Part shown: in pieces, positions 1 to 9,980 of the stretch
Numbering within the stretch: the first letter of the stretch is position 1
Layout: each line of letters opens with the position of its first letter
Assembly (NCBI GenBank): GCA_937927235.1
Contig: CALBCM010000035.1
Location: 11,017 to 75,016, forward strand
Length of the DNA stretch: 64,000 nucleotides
DNA from: an uncultured Johnsonella sp.
GTDB taxonomy: Bacteria; Bacillota; Clostridia; Lachnospirales; Lachnospiraceae
Direction of reading: 5' to 3'
Notes under the pieces: model-generated
What the model was told of the DNA's origin: nothing
The model's database searches: none
What the model saw: only the letters and a program-made list of their open reading frames with translations
Made by a program: the position numbers and the translations under genes

Positions 1-422
1 ACAGCGATATTGAAAAAGCGGTAAAGGAAGCTGCCGAATTTGAAGCTCAGGATAAAAAGCGCAAGGAAGGCATAGATGCAAGAAATGATGCGGACTCTAT
101 GGTATTCCAGACAGAAAAGGCGCTTGAAGAGGTAGGCGACAAAATAGATGCCAATGATAAATCAGCGATTGAAGCGGAGCTTGCAGCACTTAAGGAAGCT
201 ATAAACCGTGCTCCGGTTGAATCCATGACGGATGACCAGATAGCTGATATAAAGGCAGGCAAAGAAAAACTGATGGAAACTGCTCAGAAGCTCTTTGCAA
301 AGGTTTATGAAAATGCACAGGGTGCTGCTAATGCGGCAGGAGCTTCAGGGACTGCTGAAACAGATACAGCACAGTCAAATCCTGAGGGCGATGTAGTAGA
401 CGGCGATTTTAAAGAGGTATAA
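1..422 (+). CDS. dnaK: Chaperone DnaK, C-terminal part (5'-truncated by window edge)
   Basis: Frame is open from position 3: SDIEKAVKEAAEFEAQDKKRKEGIDARNDADSMVFQTEK...DVVDGDFKEV, a typical Hsp70 lid and tail; directly upstream of dnaJ. Confidence 0.97.
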   Translation, partial: SDIEKAVKEAAEFEAQDKKRKEGIDARNDADSMVFQTEKALEEVGDKIDANDKSAIEAELAALKEAINRAPVESMTDDQIADIKAGKEKLMETAQKLFAKVYENAQGAANAAGASGTAETDTAQSNPEGDVVDGDFKEV

Positions 423-433
423 TATAAAAAATT

Positions 434-1579
434 ATGGCAGAGAACAAAAGAGATTATTATGAGGTATTAGGCGTTAATAAAAACGCTGATGATGCCGCTA
501 TTAAAAAAGCGTATAGAGTACTTGCAAAAAAGTATCACCCGGACGCAAATCCGGGTGATGCAAATGCAGAAAAGATGTTTAAAGAAGCGAGCGAGGCTTA
601 TGCAGTTCTCAGTGACCCCGAGAAAAGGAAACAGTATGACCAGTTCGGCCATGCAGCATTTGAAGGTGGTGCCGGGGGCAGCGGAGGCTTTGGTGGCTTT
701 GATTTCAGTTCTTTTGAAGGTGCGGATATATTCGGTGATATATTTGGAGATTTATTTGGAGGCGGCAGAAGGCGTTCAGGACCTTCAAACGGACCAATAC
801 AAGGAGCGAATGTACGCTCAAGTGTAAGGCTTACATTTGAGGAGGCTGTATTCGGCTGTGAAAAGGAAGTCAGCATAAACTATAAGGAAGAATGTTCTAC
901 CTGCCATGGAAATGGTGCAAAACCCGGAACAACACCTGAAACTTGTACCAAGTGTAATGGCAAGGGTAAGGTTATGTACACTCAGCAGAGCTTTTTCGGA
1001 ACGGTTCAAAATGTACAGACCTGCTCAGCCTGCGGAGGCTCCGGCAAGATTATTAAGGATAAATGCAGCACCTGCAGAGGCAGCGGCTATGTAACAAAAA
1101 GGAAGACCTTTAAGGTTAGAATTCCTGCCGGAATAGACAACGGGCTTTCAGTGCGCATGGCAGGCGGAGGTGAGCCGGGCATTAACGGAGGTCCGAGGGG
1201 CGACTTGCTGGTAGCTGCTGTAGTAGCTGACCATCCGATTTTTAAACGCCAGGATATTAATATTTTTTCCACTGTACCTATAAGCTTTGCCAAGGCGGCT
1301 TTGGGAGGTACTATAAGAATCAAGACTGTTGACGGTGAGGTAGAATATGAAGTTAAACCGGGTACCCAAACCGATACTAAGGTAAGGCTTAAAGGCAAGG
1401 GAGTTCCCTCCTTAAGAAGTAAGGCTGTAAGAGGCGACCACTATGTTACCCTTGTAGTACAGGTGCCTACTATGATGACTCCGGCACAGAAGGAAGCCTT
1501 AAGGGCTTATGACGAAACTATGAATGTTTTTGCAAGAGATGAAGACAGATCCAGGAAAAAGGGATTTTTCAGCAAGTAG
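434..1579 (+). CDS. dnaJ: Chaperone DnaJ
   Basis: J-domain ([12 protein letters not shown]), G/F-rich region, four CxxCxGxG repeats. Confidence 0.98.
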   Translation: MAENKRDYYEVLGVNKNADDAAIKKAYRVLAKKYHPDANPGDANAEKMFKEASEAYAVLSDPEKRKQYDQFGHAAFEGGAGGSGGFGGFDFSSFEGADIFGDIFGDLFGGGRRRSGPSNGPIQGANVRSSVRLTFEEAVFGCEKEVSINYKEECSTCHGNGAKPGTTPETCTKCNGKGKVMYTQQSFFGTVQNVQTCSACGGSGKIIKDKCSTCRGSGYVTKRKTFKVRIPAGIDNGLSVRMAGGGEPGINGGPRGDLLVAAVVADHPIFKRQDINIFSTVPISFAKAALGGTIRIKTVDGEVEYEVKPGTQTDTKVRLKGKGVPSLRSKAVRGDHYVTLVVQVPTMMTPAQKEALRAYDETMNVFARDEDRSRKKGFFSK

Positions 1580-1642
1580 GAAGCTTTAGATGTAAAAGGC
1601 TTTAGAATTGATTTTATAAGTTTTTTAACTGAATTTAAAAGT

Positions 1643-1696
1643 GAAGCTGCTGCAAATAGATGAGCAATCATCTATTATTTGCAGCAGCTTCTTTTT
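1643..1696. terminator. Bidirectional hairpin/terminator (GCTGCTGCA-type inverted repeat)
   Basis: gaagctgctgcaaata (1643-1658) pairs with tatttgcagcagcttc (1676-1691), followed by a T tract; lies between convergent genes. Confidence 0.8.
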
Positions 1697-1798
1697 GTGT
1701 AAAAATGAAAAAGCAGGGAATGCCGCTCAAAATCATCTGCTCTGATAATTTTGCGACACCCCCTTGTTTAAACCAGTTTAAATAAAATTAAATATAAA

Positions 1799-2866
1799 TT
1801 ATTTGACATATTTTCCTTCATCATCAACCTTGAAACCGTCAGGGGTAGTTTCATTCCTGTACATTGAGCCGAGAGGGCGTGAATCTGCTTTATACATATA
1901 ATACCATTCGCCGTCAGCCCTAAGCTCCCAAGTGTGCATAGGAGTATATGGATTAAGATAGTACCAGTATTCATTTATAAAATTCCAACCTTTAAGCATC
2001 CTGCCCTCTTTGGTTTCAAGATAATACCAGAAACCGTCCTGAGGGTCGAGATGCCAGCCCTTCTTAAGAGTATCTCTGGTGCTTCCCGAATAATAATACC
2101 ACTCACCGTTTTTTTCCAATATCCAGCCTTGCTTAACCATGTTTGATGAGCCTGAGCTGCCACCTGAGCTGCCACCTGAGCTGCCACCTGAGCTGCCGCC
2201 TTGCCTTTTTTGAGTATACACTATATTATAGACTAAAGGCTGCGTACCGCTTGCAAGACTTGCTGATATATTGACCTTCGAAGGAGCACCGTATTTAAAC
2301 TGAGTATTATTATATGCGCTTTGAGTCTGCTTTATAACATAAGCGGCATTGCTTGGTGTAGCGACAATTTCATTCGGCACATCCACCCATTTATCCTCAT
2401 AGGTTTTAAGCATGCTGCCGGATAAAAGCATGCTGCCGCTTTCATCTATACAGTTTATAATATATGGAAGATAGACCTTTGCTTCTACAGTATAATATAA
2501 ATCCACTAATTGAACCCCTATAGGTGCATCGCTCGGTGCAGAAATAGTTATAGGTACGGTAGTAAGCTTATGTTCTCCCAAACCGCTTGCAACTCCTTCT
2601 ATTTTGAAATTTTCGGAGTTGTTTGTTACAAGACTTAATCCGCTTGTGCCTATAGGCTGCGTATTACTGGCAGGCAGACTTGGATCAAAGGCATTACTGT
2701 AGATATAACGTGAATCTTCTTCACTGACGGTTTGTCCATACTGTACGTCCAGGTTTTTGTTTGCATAATAAGCATCATAAGCATATGAGGATATAGCATT
2801 TGCAAACAGAAAATATCCAATTATACCTAACAAAGAGAAAAACGTCACTAATTTTTTCATAATCAT
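1799..2866 (-). CDS. Secreted protein with C-terminal cell-wall (choline/glucan-binding-type) repeats
   Basis: N-terminal signal peptide, GGSS linker, repeats GW...WYY...G.M and terminal TTPDGFKVDDEG typical of Lachnospiraceae surface proteins. Confidence 0.8.
   Translation of the reverse strand: MIMKKLVTFFSLLGIIGYFLFANAISSYAYDAYYANKNLDVQYGQTVSEEDSRYIYSNAFDPSLPASNTQPIGTSGLSLVTNNSENFKIEGVASGLGEHKLTTVPITISAPSDAPIGVQLVDLYYTVEAKVYLPYIINCIDESGSMLLSGSMLKTYEDKWVDVPNEIVATPSNAAYVIKQTQSAYNNTQFKYGAPSKVNISASLASGTQPLVYNIVYTQKRQGGSSGGSSGGSSGGSSGSSNMVKQGWILEKNGEWYYYSGSTRDTLKKGWHLDPQDGFWYYLETKEGRMLKGWNFINEYWYYLNPYTPMHTWELRADGEWYYMYKADSRPLGSMYRNETTPDGFKVDDEGKYVK
2151..2197. repeat. 12-bp tandem repeat (cctgagctgcca x~4) encoding a GGSS linker
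   Basis: Directly visible in the sequence. Confidence 0.9.
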
Positions 2867-2921
2867 TTCCTTTCTTATAAATTTATTTGATTTTTATATA
2901 TTATATTAGAGAATAATTATT

Positions 2922-2952
2922 TTGACCCTACCCATTTGGGTAGGATTAAGTA
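2922..2952 (+). promoter_or_regulatory. MerR-type operator: TTGACC overlapping a perfect 8-bp dyad
   Basis: TTGACC then cctaccca-tt-tgggtagg; the -10 at 19 bp spacing (TAAGTA) is weak. Confidence 0.5.
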
Positions 2953-3239
2953 AAGTTTTAGAAAAAAGTTAGATATTTGTAATTTATTTCTGAAATAAAC
3001 ACTGAAAAATCTGGCTTTTTACGGCTGCAGGCGGGTTTGCAATAGCTTCATTGAAAGAAAAAAATTAAAATATAAGCTAGATACTATAGTGCTGCAGAGT
3101 AAGTTTATCAAATACAGTTTATAAAAAGCGCTTTTATTGGTATAATTTATAAAAGAAATAAAAAATATGAAAATATTTACAAAATATAAGATTACTTAGA
3201 AAATAAAGAGAATTTGTTTATGATACCAGGAGGAAAAAC

Positions 3240-4091
3240 ATGCTGAAAGAAAAATACTATTCCATAGGGGATACGTCCTCTCTCTGCCGGATTCCTGTAA
3301 AAACGCTTCGCTATTATGATAAGATTAATGTTTTGGTACCGAGTCTCAGAAAAGAAAACAGCCATTATCGCTATTACAGCAAAGAACAGCTCAGGGCAGT
3401 GTTTATTATAAAGCGGCTCAGGTTTTTAGGATTTTCGTTGAGTGAAATAAAGGAGATATTAAGAGAAAATAAGCTTGATTATATGGAGGATATACTGAAA
3501 ATCAGACTGAACAGGCTGCAGGCTGAAATGGAAGAATTAAAGCGTAAGCATAATGAGGCGGAGATATTTTTAAGGAATATTTTATCAGGGAAAAAATACT
3601 TCAATATTGATTCAGATGCGGAAGAAAGTATAGTAATTGAAAAAAGACCTGAGATATTTTTATACAGCAGGCGGAAAATTATGTATTCTTACAGGAATGA
3701 AGATGTCAACCTGGAAAATTGGATACAGATTATTGAAGATGTCAGAGATGAAAAGCTTAATATATGCGGCTCTATTTTTGTAACCTATAATTCTGAGATT
3801 TTCGGTCAATTTTTACAAAAGGACTGTGAGGTAGAATTTGCTATACAGGTCGAAAACAAATATAGGAGCATGGAAAATGTTCATAGGTTCGGAGGCTTTG
3901 AAGCGGCAACTTTAGTTCACGCTGGTGATTATAAGGATATATTCAAGTCTTATCTGGCATTAAAAAGATGGATAGACAAGAAGGGATATATCATAATAGG
4001 AAATTCGACTGAGGAATTTATAGTTTCGCCGGTAGATATAGGGAATAATATGATGCATATAACAAAGATTATTATACCGATAAAGACATAG
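3240..4091 (+). CDS. MerR-family transcriptional regulator with GyrI-like effector domain (BmrR/BltR type)
   Basis: YSIGD...IPVKTLRYYD HTH, YRYYS, LGFSLSEIK, C-terminal HAGDY...EEF GyrI-like domain. Confidence 0.92.
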   Translation: MLKEKYYSIGDTSSLCRIPVKTLRYYDKINVLVPSLRKENSHYRYYSKEQLRAVFIIKRLRFLGFSLSEIKEILRENKLDYMEDILKIRLNRLQAEMEELKRKHNEAEIFLRNILSGKKYFNIDSDAEESIVIEKRPEIFLYSRRKIMYSYRNEDVNLENWIQIIEDVRDEKLNICGSIFVTYNSEIFGQFLQKDCEVEFAIQVENKYRSMENVHRFGGFEAATLVHAGDYKDIFKSYLALKRWIDKKGYIIIGNSTEEFIVSPVDIGNNMMHITKIIIPIKT

Positions 4092-4343
4092 GCGGAGAAA
4101 TTTTATATTATAGCTGAAAAAAACACTTCACCGGATGGAAGGTTGGACAAGGAAAAATTTAAAAAAAATAATGGAATAATACCGAGATAATACATAAAAA
4201 TTTGATAATATTTAAAATATTTTTATATGAAAAGCATAAGGATGTAGTAATTAATTTATAAAAATAAGGCTTTGTTTTATAAAAAAATGGGAGGGTCAGA
4301 TTTGATTGCTCTCTTTTTTTGTTTAAATTTTTAGTCGGATGTA

Positions 4344-4379
4344 TTGACTTGACATTTCCTGTATGCCCTAAGATATATT
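4344..4379 (+). promoter_or_regulatory. MerR-type promoter with 19-bp spacer
   Basis: TTGACT(4344)-19-TAAGAT(4369) and TTGACA(4349)-19-TATATT(4374); imperfect dyad gacat-N7-atgcc. Confidence 0.6.
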
Positions 4380-4489
4380 TATAACAAATGAACCACAGCA
4401 TTTTATATTTTTACTTCAGTCCTATGCTCAAGGCTTAAGTAAGATATAAAGGGCTTAAGATTATAACCTTATGGAAAGGAGGATAATTT

Positions 4490-5014
4490 ATGGGTGCAGG
4501 TTATATTTTTTCAATAGCAGTCGGAAGTGCAATTGTTGCAGGAACCTGGACAGGCATCAGTACCGCCTTTGCAGGACCGCTGATAGTAAGCTGGGTCGGC
4601 TTTGCCGGCTGCACCTCATATTTTGCTGCCGGCTGCGGAAAAAACGGTTTTATAAGGTCTATGTGCAGTAATTATGTCGGGGTGCTGATAGGCTGTATTG
4701 TTATTATGCTCGGCGGTCTTATCTCAGACGGACCTTTATTCAGCGGTATATGTACAGGCTTTTTTACTGGTGTAATATGTTATCTTGCACATTGTGACCT
4801 TACCAAATTTGTGCCCTGTACATTTATAGGGGGATTTTCGACGTTTGCTACAGGAGGTAATTGGAAAATGCTTTTAATATGCCTGCTGTTCGGAAATTTA
4901 GTCGGTGTGGGAAGTGATTATCTGGGAAGATTTATTTACAAAAATATTTTTGAGAGGAGAAACGAAGGCAAAAGTAAGAAAGACTGGGTAGCTGCAAAAA
5001 TACTTAAGGATTAA
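4490..5014 (+). CDS. DUF1097-family membrane protein
   Basis: Hydrophobic; WVGFAGCTSYFA.G, N..GV..G and FVPCTFIGGFSTFA.GGNW motifs. Confidence 0.8.
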   Translation: MGAGYIFSIAVGSAIVAGTWTGISTAFAGPLIVSWVGFAGCTSYFAAGCGKNGFIRSMCSNYVGVLIGCIVIMLGGLISDGPLFSGICTGFFTGVICYLAHCDLTKFVPCTFIGGFSTFATGGNWKMLLICLLFGNLVGVGSDYLGRFIYKNIFERRNEGKSKKDWVAAKILKD

Positions 5015-5350
5015 TTCTTTTTGCAGCACAGTTTTAAATAAGGTAAGAGAGGAGTTGTAAAATACTTGTAAAAGTGGATGAAGAAAAGTGCACAGGCTGC
5101 AAGAGATGCTATATTTCATGCTTTGACAGAGGGCATCAGGCGATAATATTTAGAGATGAAAGCAGAAAGCCCGAGATTAATGAAAAAAATGCGTAGGCTG
5201 TCATCTTTGTTTGAATGTATGTCCGGTGATGAACTTTATAATGCCCGGAAGGCTGGTTATGAAAGATGGTGAGTCAAAATATGATATTTTATTAAAAGAG
5301 AATTACTTATAATTCAAAAAATTATTTATTGACGAAAGGAAGGCTACATA

Positions 5351-6727
5351 ATGAAACATTATAATTTGATTATCAAAAACGGAACAGTAGTTACAACTGA
5401 GAACATGTATAAATGTGACATAGCAGTTAAAGATGAAAAGATAGTTGAAATGGGACTCAATATAGAAGGCGAGGCGGATAAGACAGTTGATGCTTCAGGA
5501 ATGCTGGTGCTTCCCGGAGCAATAGATGTACATACTCATCTTCAGATGCCGTTTGGAGGAACAGTATCGGCTGACAGTTATCTTTCAGGTACAAGAGCGG
5601 CTGCCTGCGGCGGAGTGACCACACTTTTTGACTATCCGGTTCAAAGAGCCGGCGGCACAATAATGGATTTGATTAATTCCAAAAAGGAAATTCTTGAAAA
5701 GGATGCCTGTATAGATTGGGCTTCACATTGCTGCATAACCAATCTTAATGACGGAGCAATCCTTAAAGAGATGGAAAAAGCGGTTGAAGAAGGAATTACA
5801 AGCTTTAAGTGCTTTCTGGTGTATAAAAAAGAAAATATGATGGTGGATGACGGGACTCTTGCGAGGCTGCTTTTAAGAGCAAGAGAGCTTGGCGCACTTG
5901 TGAATATACATGCCGAGAATCCCGATTTGATAGATATGTATACGGAGCAGTTTTTAAGAGAAGGAAAAACCGGAGCCTGGTATCATTATTTAAGCAGACC
6001 TGAGTTCGTAGAAGCAGAGGCTGACAGGCGTGCTGTTCACTGGGCAAAACATCTTAACGGTCCTTTATATGTAGTACATATGGCTGATAAAGAGGGACTT
6101 GAGGCATGTATACAGGCAAAGAGAGACGGAGCAGAGGTTTATATAGAAACTTGCCCGCAGTATCTTGAATTTACCTGTGAGGTATATAAGAGAGAGGACG
6201 GCCGCAATTTTGTCTGCTCACCTCCTATGAAAGGTCAGGAGAGCCAGGACGCACTTTGGCAGGCTATAAAGGCTAATCTCATAGATACGGTGGCAACAGA
6301 TCATTGTCCTTTCCAGAGTTATGAAAAAGACTGGGGCAAGGATGATTTTACAAAAATTCCGAATGGCTGTGCAGGTGTGGAAAATCTTTATCCTTATATG
6401 CTTGATGCGGCAAATGCAGGTAAAATTACTTTTTCACAGGCGGTAGCTCTCTGCTCTACAAATCCGGCAAAGATTTTTGGATGCAGTGAAAAGGGCGAGA
6501 TAAGAGTGGGCAAGGACGCAGATATAGTAATCTATGATAAAAATAAGGATTTCACTGTAAGTGTGAAAAATATGCATTCTGATTATGACCATACTATCTG
6601 GGAAGGAAAGAAATTCCACGGCTATCCGATACAGACCTATTTAAGAGGAAATCTTGTTTACAATAACGGAGAATTTGTCGGAAAACCGGGAATGGGAAAA
6701 TTTGTAAAGAGAGTTCCTAAAAAATAA
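5351..6727 (+). CDS. hydA: Dihydropyrimidinase / D-hydantoinase
   Basis: PGAIDVHTH, GTRAAACGGVTT, SFK, HAEN, VH, CSPP, TDHCPF, IPNG amidohydrolase motifs. Confidence 0.93.
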   Translation: MKHYNLIIKNGTVVTTENMYKCDIAVKDEKIVEMGLNIEGEADKTVDASGMLVLPGAIDVHTHLQMPFGGTVSADSYLSGTRAAACGGVTTLFDYPVQRAGGTIMDLINSKKEILEKDACIDWASHCCITNLNDGAILKEMEKAVEEGITSFKCFLVYKKENMMVDDGTLARLLLRARELGALVNIHAENPDLIDMYTEQFLREGKTGAWYHYLSRPEFVEAEADRRAVHWAKHLNGPLYVVHMADKEGLEACIQAKRDGAEVYIETCPQYLEFTCEVYKREDGRNFVCSPPMKGQESQDALWQAIKANLIDTVATDHCPFQSYEKDWGKDDFTKIPNGCAGVENLYPYMLDAANAGKITFSQAVALCSTNPAKIFGCSEKGEIRVGKDADIVIYDKNKDFTVSVKNMHSDYDHTIWEGKKFHGYPIQTYLRGNLVYNNGEFVGKPGMGKFVKRVPKK

Positions 6728-6730
6728 GGT

Positions 6731-7516
6731 ATGGATTCTGAATACGGCATAAAATTATCTGATGCATCTGATGCAGGCGAGCTTTTGTTGGCATGCGCCT
6801 TGGATATAGGAGCTGAAATGCTTATAAACGGTGCCGAGATCAGCAGAGTGGAGGATTCTATAAGCAGGATTTGCAGGGCTTATGGAGCTGAGGAAATCAA
6901 TGCCTTTTCAATAACCTATGTAATCTTGGTTACTATTTATTATGAAAATGAAGGATATATAACTCAAAGCAGGAGAATCGAATCCTTTAAGTATGATTTA
7001 CATAAGCTTGAATACTTAAATAATCTGTCAAGAAATATATGCAGCTTCAAGCCTGATATGAATACTGTAAAAAATGCTCTTAAAAGTGCAAAGGGATTAG
7101 AGGGGGCTTCACCTTTGAGAATACTCTTAGGCTATGGCATGATTTCAAGTGCATTTACGATATTTTTCGGAGGCAGTACCGCTGAGGCGGTATCTGCCTG
7201 CATTATAGGCTTTATGATGTATGTATGTGAAACACTACTGAAAAAAGTAAAGATGAACAAATTTTTAAGTTCCTGTGTATGTGCCGGGGCAGCAGGAATC
7301 CTTGCCGTATTATTTGTAAAATTTAATATAGGAGAGGCGGCTGAAAATATAAGTATAGGAAATATAATGGTGCTTATACCGGGACTTATGATTACAAATT
7401 CTTTCAGAGACCTCTTTTCAGGAAATATTATATCCGGCTTGGTACGTTTTATGGAATCTGTGCTGTTAAGTATTGCCATAGCTTTGGGAATGTCAATAGG
7501 AAAGTGGATTTTATAG
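6731..7516 (+). CDS. ThrE-family amino acid exporter, large subunit
   Basis: GAEISRVEDSISRI motif, FTIFFGG, LIPGLMITNSFRDL.SG. Confidence 0.88.
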   Translation: MDSEYGIKLSDASDAGELLLACALDIGAEMLINGAEISRVEDSISRICRAYGAEEINAFSITYVILVTIYYENEGYITQSRRIESFKYDLHKLEYLNNLSRNICSFKPDMNTVKNALKSAKGLEGASPLRILLGYGMISSAFTIFFGGSTAEAVSACIIGFMMYVCETLLKKVKMNKFLSSCVCAGAAGILAVLFVKFNIGEAAENISIGNIMVLIPGLMITNSFRDLFSGNIISGLVRFMESVLLSIAIALGMSIGKWIL

Positions 7517-7628
7517 GTGAGAGTAAGATTTGCCTGATGCCGTAAAGCCGCTATTCAAGCCTCAGCACTTAAAATAACAGCAGGCAATTTGCTGCCAGGC
7601 AGTTCATATAATTAACAGAGGTCTATAT

Positions 7629-8099
7629 ATGATGAGAGAAGCAATACAGCTTGCAGCCGCATTTTTCGGAGCATTGGGATTCGCACTGGTTTTTAATTTA
7701 AAAGGATTTAGTATGTTCTGGTCTTCATTTGGAGGCATGCTTTCATGGGGGGTATATCTTACGGCGGCAATATATTTTAAAGAGGAAGGAATAAGGTATT
7801 TTTTTGCAGCTTTATTTTTAGGCTTGTATGCTGAAATTTTTGCAAGACTTAAAAAAAAGCCTGCGACAGTATTTTTGGCTGTAGGCTTTATACCTCTGAT
7901 TCCAGGATTTTCACTCTATACAACGATGTACTCTGCATTAAGAAGTCAAAAGGCGGGCTTTACATTTTATGGTATACAAGCGCTCTTAATTGCAGGAGCA
8001 CTTGCAAGTGGCATCATAGTGTCCTTGATATTATTTCAACTCTCAAAAGAATTTATAAGGCGATGCTTTGAATATTTGAGAAGCCTGTTTGATAAATAA
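7629..8099 (+). CDS. ThrE_2-family exporter, small subunit
   Basis: GFALVFN, AR.KK.PATVF, IPLIPG motifs. Confidence 0.87.
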   Translation: MMREAIQLAAAFFGALGFALVFNLKGFSMFWSSFGGMLSWGVYLTAAIYFKEEGIRYFFAALFLGLYAEIFARLKKKPATVFLAVGFIPLIPGFSLYTTMYSALRSQKAGFTFYGIQALLIAGALASGIIVSLILFQLSKEFIRRCFEYLRSLFDK

Positions 8100-8118
8100 T
8101 TAGAGGAGGTTTAAATTT

Positions 8119-9375
8119 ATGTATAAATGCAGTAAGCAAAGAATGGAAGATAAGATTAAAATAATGAGCAGGTATGGTGATGCAGGTCATGGAGGTGTTA
8201 CACGCTATACACTTTCTCAAGAAGACCTTATGGCAAGGGATGAATTTGTAAAAAGAATGGAGGCGATTGGCGCCGAAATTAAGACTGATGATATGGCAAA
8301 TATGTATGCCACAATCAAGGGAAGCAATCCTGATTTGCCGGGCATAGTTATGGCCTCTCACTGTGACTCGGTAAGAAACGGAGGAAATTATGACGGAATA
8401 CTGGGTGTAATGTCTGCAATGGAAGCACTCGAAACTATAGTTGATGAAAAAATTCCGCATAAACATAATCTGACTGCAATGGTATGGACTAATGAAGAAG
8501 GCTCTCTTTATCCTCCGGCGATGATGTCGTCAGGTGTAGTCTGCTATGATTATCTGCCTGATAATATAAGAAAAAATTTTAAACATGAGAACGTCCTGCT
8601 TTCAAAGTCCGTGCTTGATAAAACCACTACCTTCGGAGAAATGCTTAATAAGAATAAATACAAAGGCGATAAGGGCAACAGACTTAATCCTAAAGATTAT
8701 TCGGCAATGTTTGAGCTCCATATAGAGCAGGGACCGATTCTTGAAGCTGCCGGCAATGATATAGGTGTGGTTACCTGTGTGCTCGGCATGGTGAATTATC
8801 GCATAAGGGCTTTCGGTCAGTCAGACCATGCAGGCACAACTCCTATGAAATATAGAAAAGATGCTTTATATGCAGCTGCACTGGCTATACAGCAGCTTCA
8901 TAATGAGCTTGACAAGCTTGCTCCCGACCTTGTTTATACTACAGGAGAGATACTCTGTCATCCTAATGTACATACAGTGATACCTGATATGGTGGAATTT
9001 TCTCTTGATGCCAGACATGAAGACCCTAAGGTTATAGCAGGAGTCATAAATGTTATCAACAGTCTTCCTAAGGAATTGGCAAAATGCCGTATAGAAAGTG
9101 AAGTGGCTTGGACAAGAGATACGGTTTACTTTGATAAAAAGCTTGTGGGATATGTTCAGGAAGCGGTTGATGAACTTGGATATAAAAATCAAAAAATAAA
9201 TTCAGGGGCAGGTCACGATGCTCAGTTTGCTTCTTATATGCTGCCGACAACTATGATTTTTGTTCCGTCAAAGGATGGCCATTCACATTGTGAGGAAGAA
9301 TTTACCTCTTTAGAGCAGTGCGTAAAGGGTGCAGAGGTACTTTTAAATGCAGTTTTAAATTTGGATAAGAATTAA
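8119..9375 (+). CDS. Zn-dependent N-carbamoylase (beta-ureidopropionase/allantoate amidohydrolase family, M20)
   Basis: SHCDSVRNGGNYDGILGV, NEEG, ELHIEQG, HAGTTPM, SGAGHDA, GHSH; lies downstream of hydA. Confidence 0.9.
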   Translation: MYKCSKQRMEDKIKIMSRYGDAGHGGVTRYTLSQEDLMARDEFVKRMEAIGAEIKTDDMANMYATIKGSNPDLPGIVMASHCDSVRNGGNYDGILGVMSAMEALETIVDEKIPHKHNLTAMVWTNEEGSLYPPAMMSSGVVCYDYLPDNIRKNFKHENVLLSKSVLDKTTTFGEMLNKNKYKGDKGNRLNPKDYSAMFELHIEQGPILEAAGNDIGVVTCVLGMVNYRIRAFGQSDHAGTTPMKYRKDALYAAALAIQQLHNELDKLAPDLVYTTGEILCHPNVHTVIPDMVEFSLDARHEDPKVIAGVINVINSLPKELAKCRIESEVAWTRDTVYFDKKLVGYVQEAVDELGYKNQKINSGAGHDAQFASYMLPTTMIFVPSKDGHSHCEEEFTSLEQCVKGAEVLLNAVLNLDKN

Positions 9376-9393
9376 AATATTTTGGAGGATGCT

Positions 9394-9846
9394 ATGAGTA
9401 CAAGGAGAAAGGCATTACTTAGCTATAAAATGACAACAGCAGATGCAAACAGCCCTGAGGGTGTCATACCCTTTGGCAGGCAATTTGATTTTATAGGTGA
9501 TGCCGAAACAGAGCTTATGATATTAAATGACGGAGATGAATCACTCTGTCTTGGATATACCGATGTGGAGCTTTATGAAGATGCATACGTTGGAGATCAG
9601 CTTGATTTTAGTGCAGAGCTCATAAAAACAGGCAACACTTCAAGAACCTGTAAGGTAAGAACCTACAAGGTGGCAACTTTAGCCTCAAGAATGGGAATTA
9701 AAGAGGCAGCCCCCGGTGATATGTATTATTTTGACGAGCCTAAGCTTATTACAGAAGGCACTGTAGTGCTGGTTGTGAAGAAGGAGGTTCAACGCGGAGA
9801 GCAGCCTTATGGAATAGTGAAAGACCCCTGGAAAGAAATAAATTGA
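9394..9846 (+). CDS. Hotdog-fold beta-alanyl-CoA / 3-aminobutyryl-CoA ammonia-lyase-like protein (Acl/Kal family)
   Basis: GDAETELMILNDGDESLCLGY, YVGD, GNTSR, KVAT, QRG match the Acl/Kal pattern; ATG at 9394 after a GGAGG RBS. Confidence 0.8.
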   Translation: MSTRRKALLSYKMTTADANSPEGVIPFGRQFDFIGDAETELMILNDGDESLCLGYTDVELYEDAYVGDQLDFSAELIKTGNTSRTCKVRTYKVATLASRMGIKEAAPGDMYYFDEPKLITEGTVVLVVKKEVQRGEQPYGIVKDPWKEIN

Positions 9847-9941
9847 ACTGATATAGTCAAGCCCCACGTAAGAGGGGCTTGACTATGAGCCGGAAAAAGC
9901 TTTAGCTTTTGCCGGTGGTCTGCGAAGCAGACATCAGTTCA
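9844..9941. repeat. Four-way-junction palindromic element (REP/MITE-like or structured RNA)
   Basis: Outer stem tgaactgat/atcagttca encloses three hairpins. Confidence 0.7.
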
Positions 9942-9980
9942 TGATTAATACAATTACAGAAGAAAGACGAGGAAAGTAAT

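Noticed and set aside
2927..2944. TACCC-N4-GGGTA resembles a CsoR copper operator
   Set aside because: No copper genes nearby; the abutting TTGAC and the adjacent MerR gene fit a MerR-type site better
4159..4401. 80-aa minus-strand ORF in an AT-rich intergenic region
   Set aside because: Low-complexity composition, overlaps a promoter, no RBS
5015..5350. Long spacer before hydA considered as a riboswitch
   Set aside because: No recognisable aptamer consensus or terminator; the TTGACA there has no properly spaced -10
9844..9941. Cloverleaf considered as a tRNA or as an IscB/HEARO end
   Set aside because: No TTC T-loop, D-loop or 7-nt anticodon loop and the stem lengths are wrong; only superficial similarity to HEARO and no iscB present
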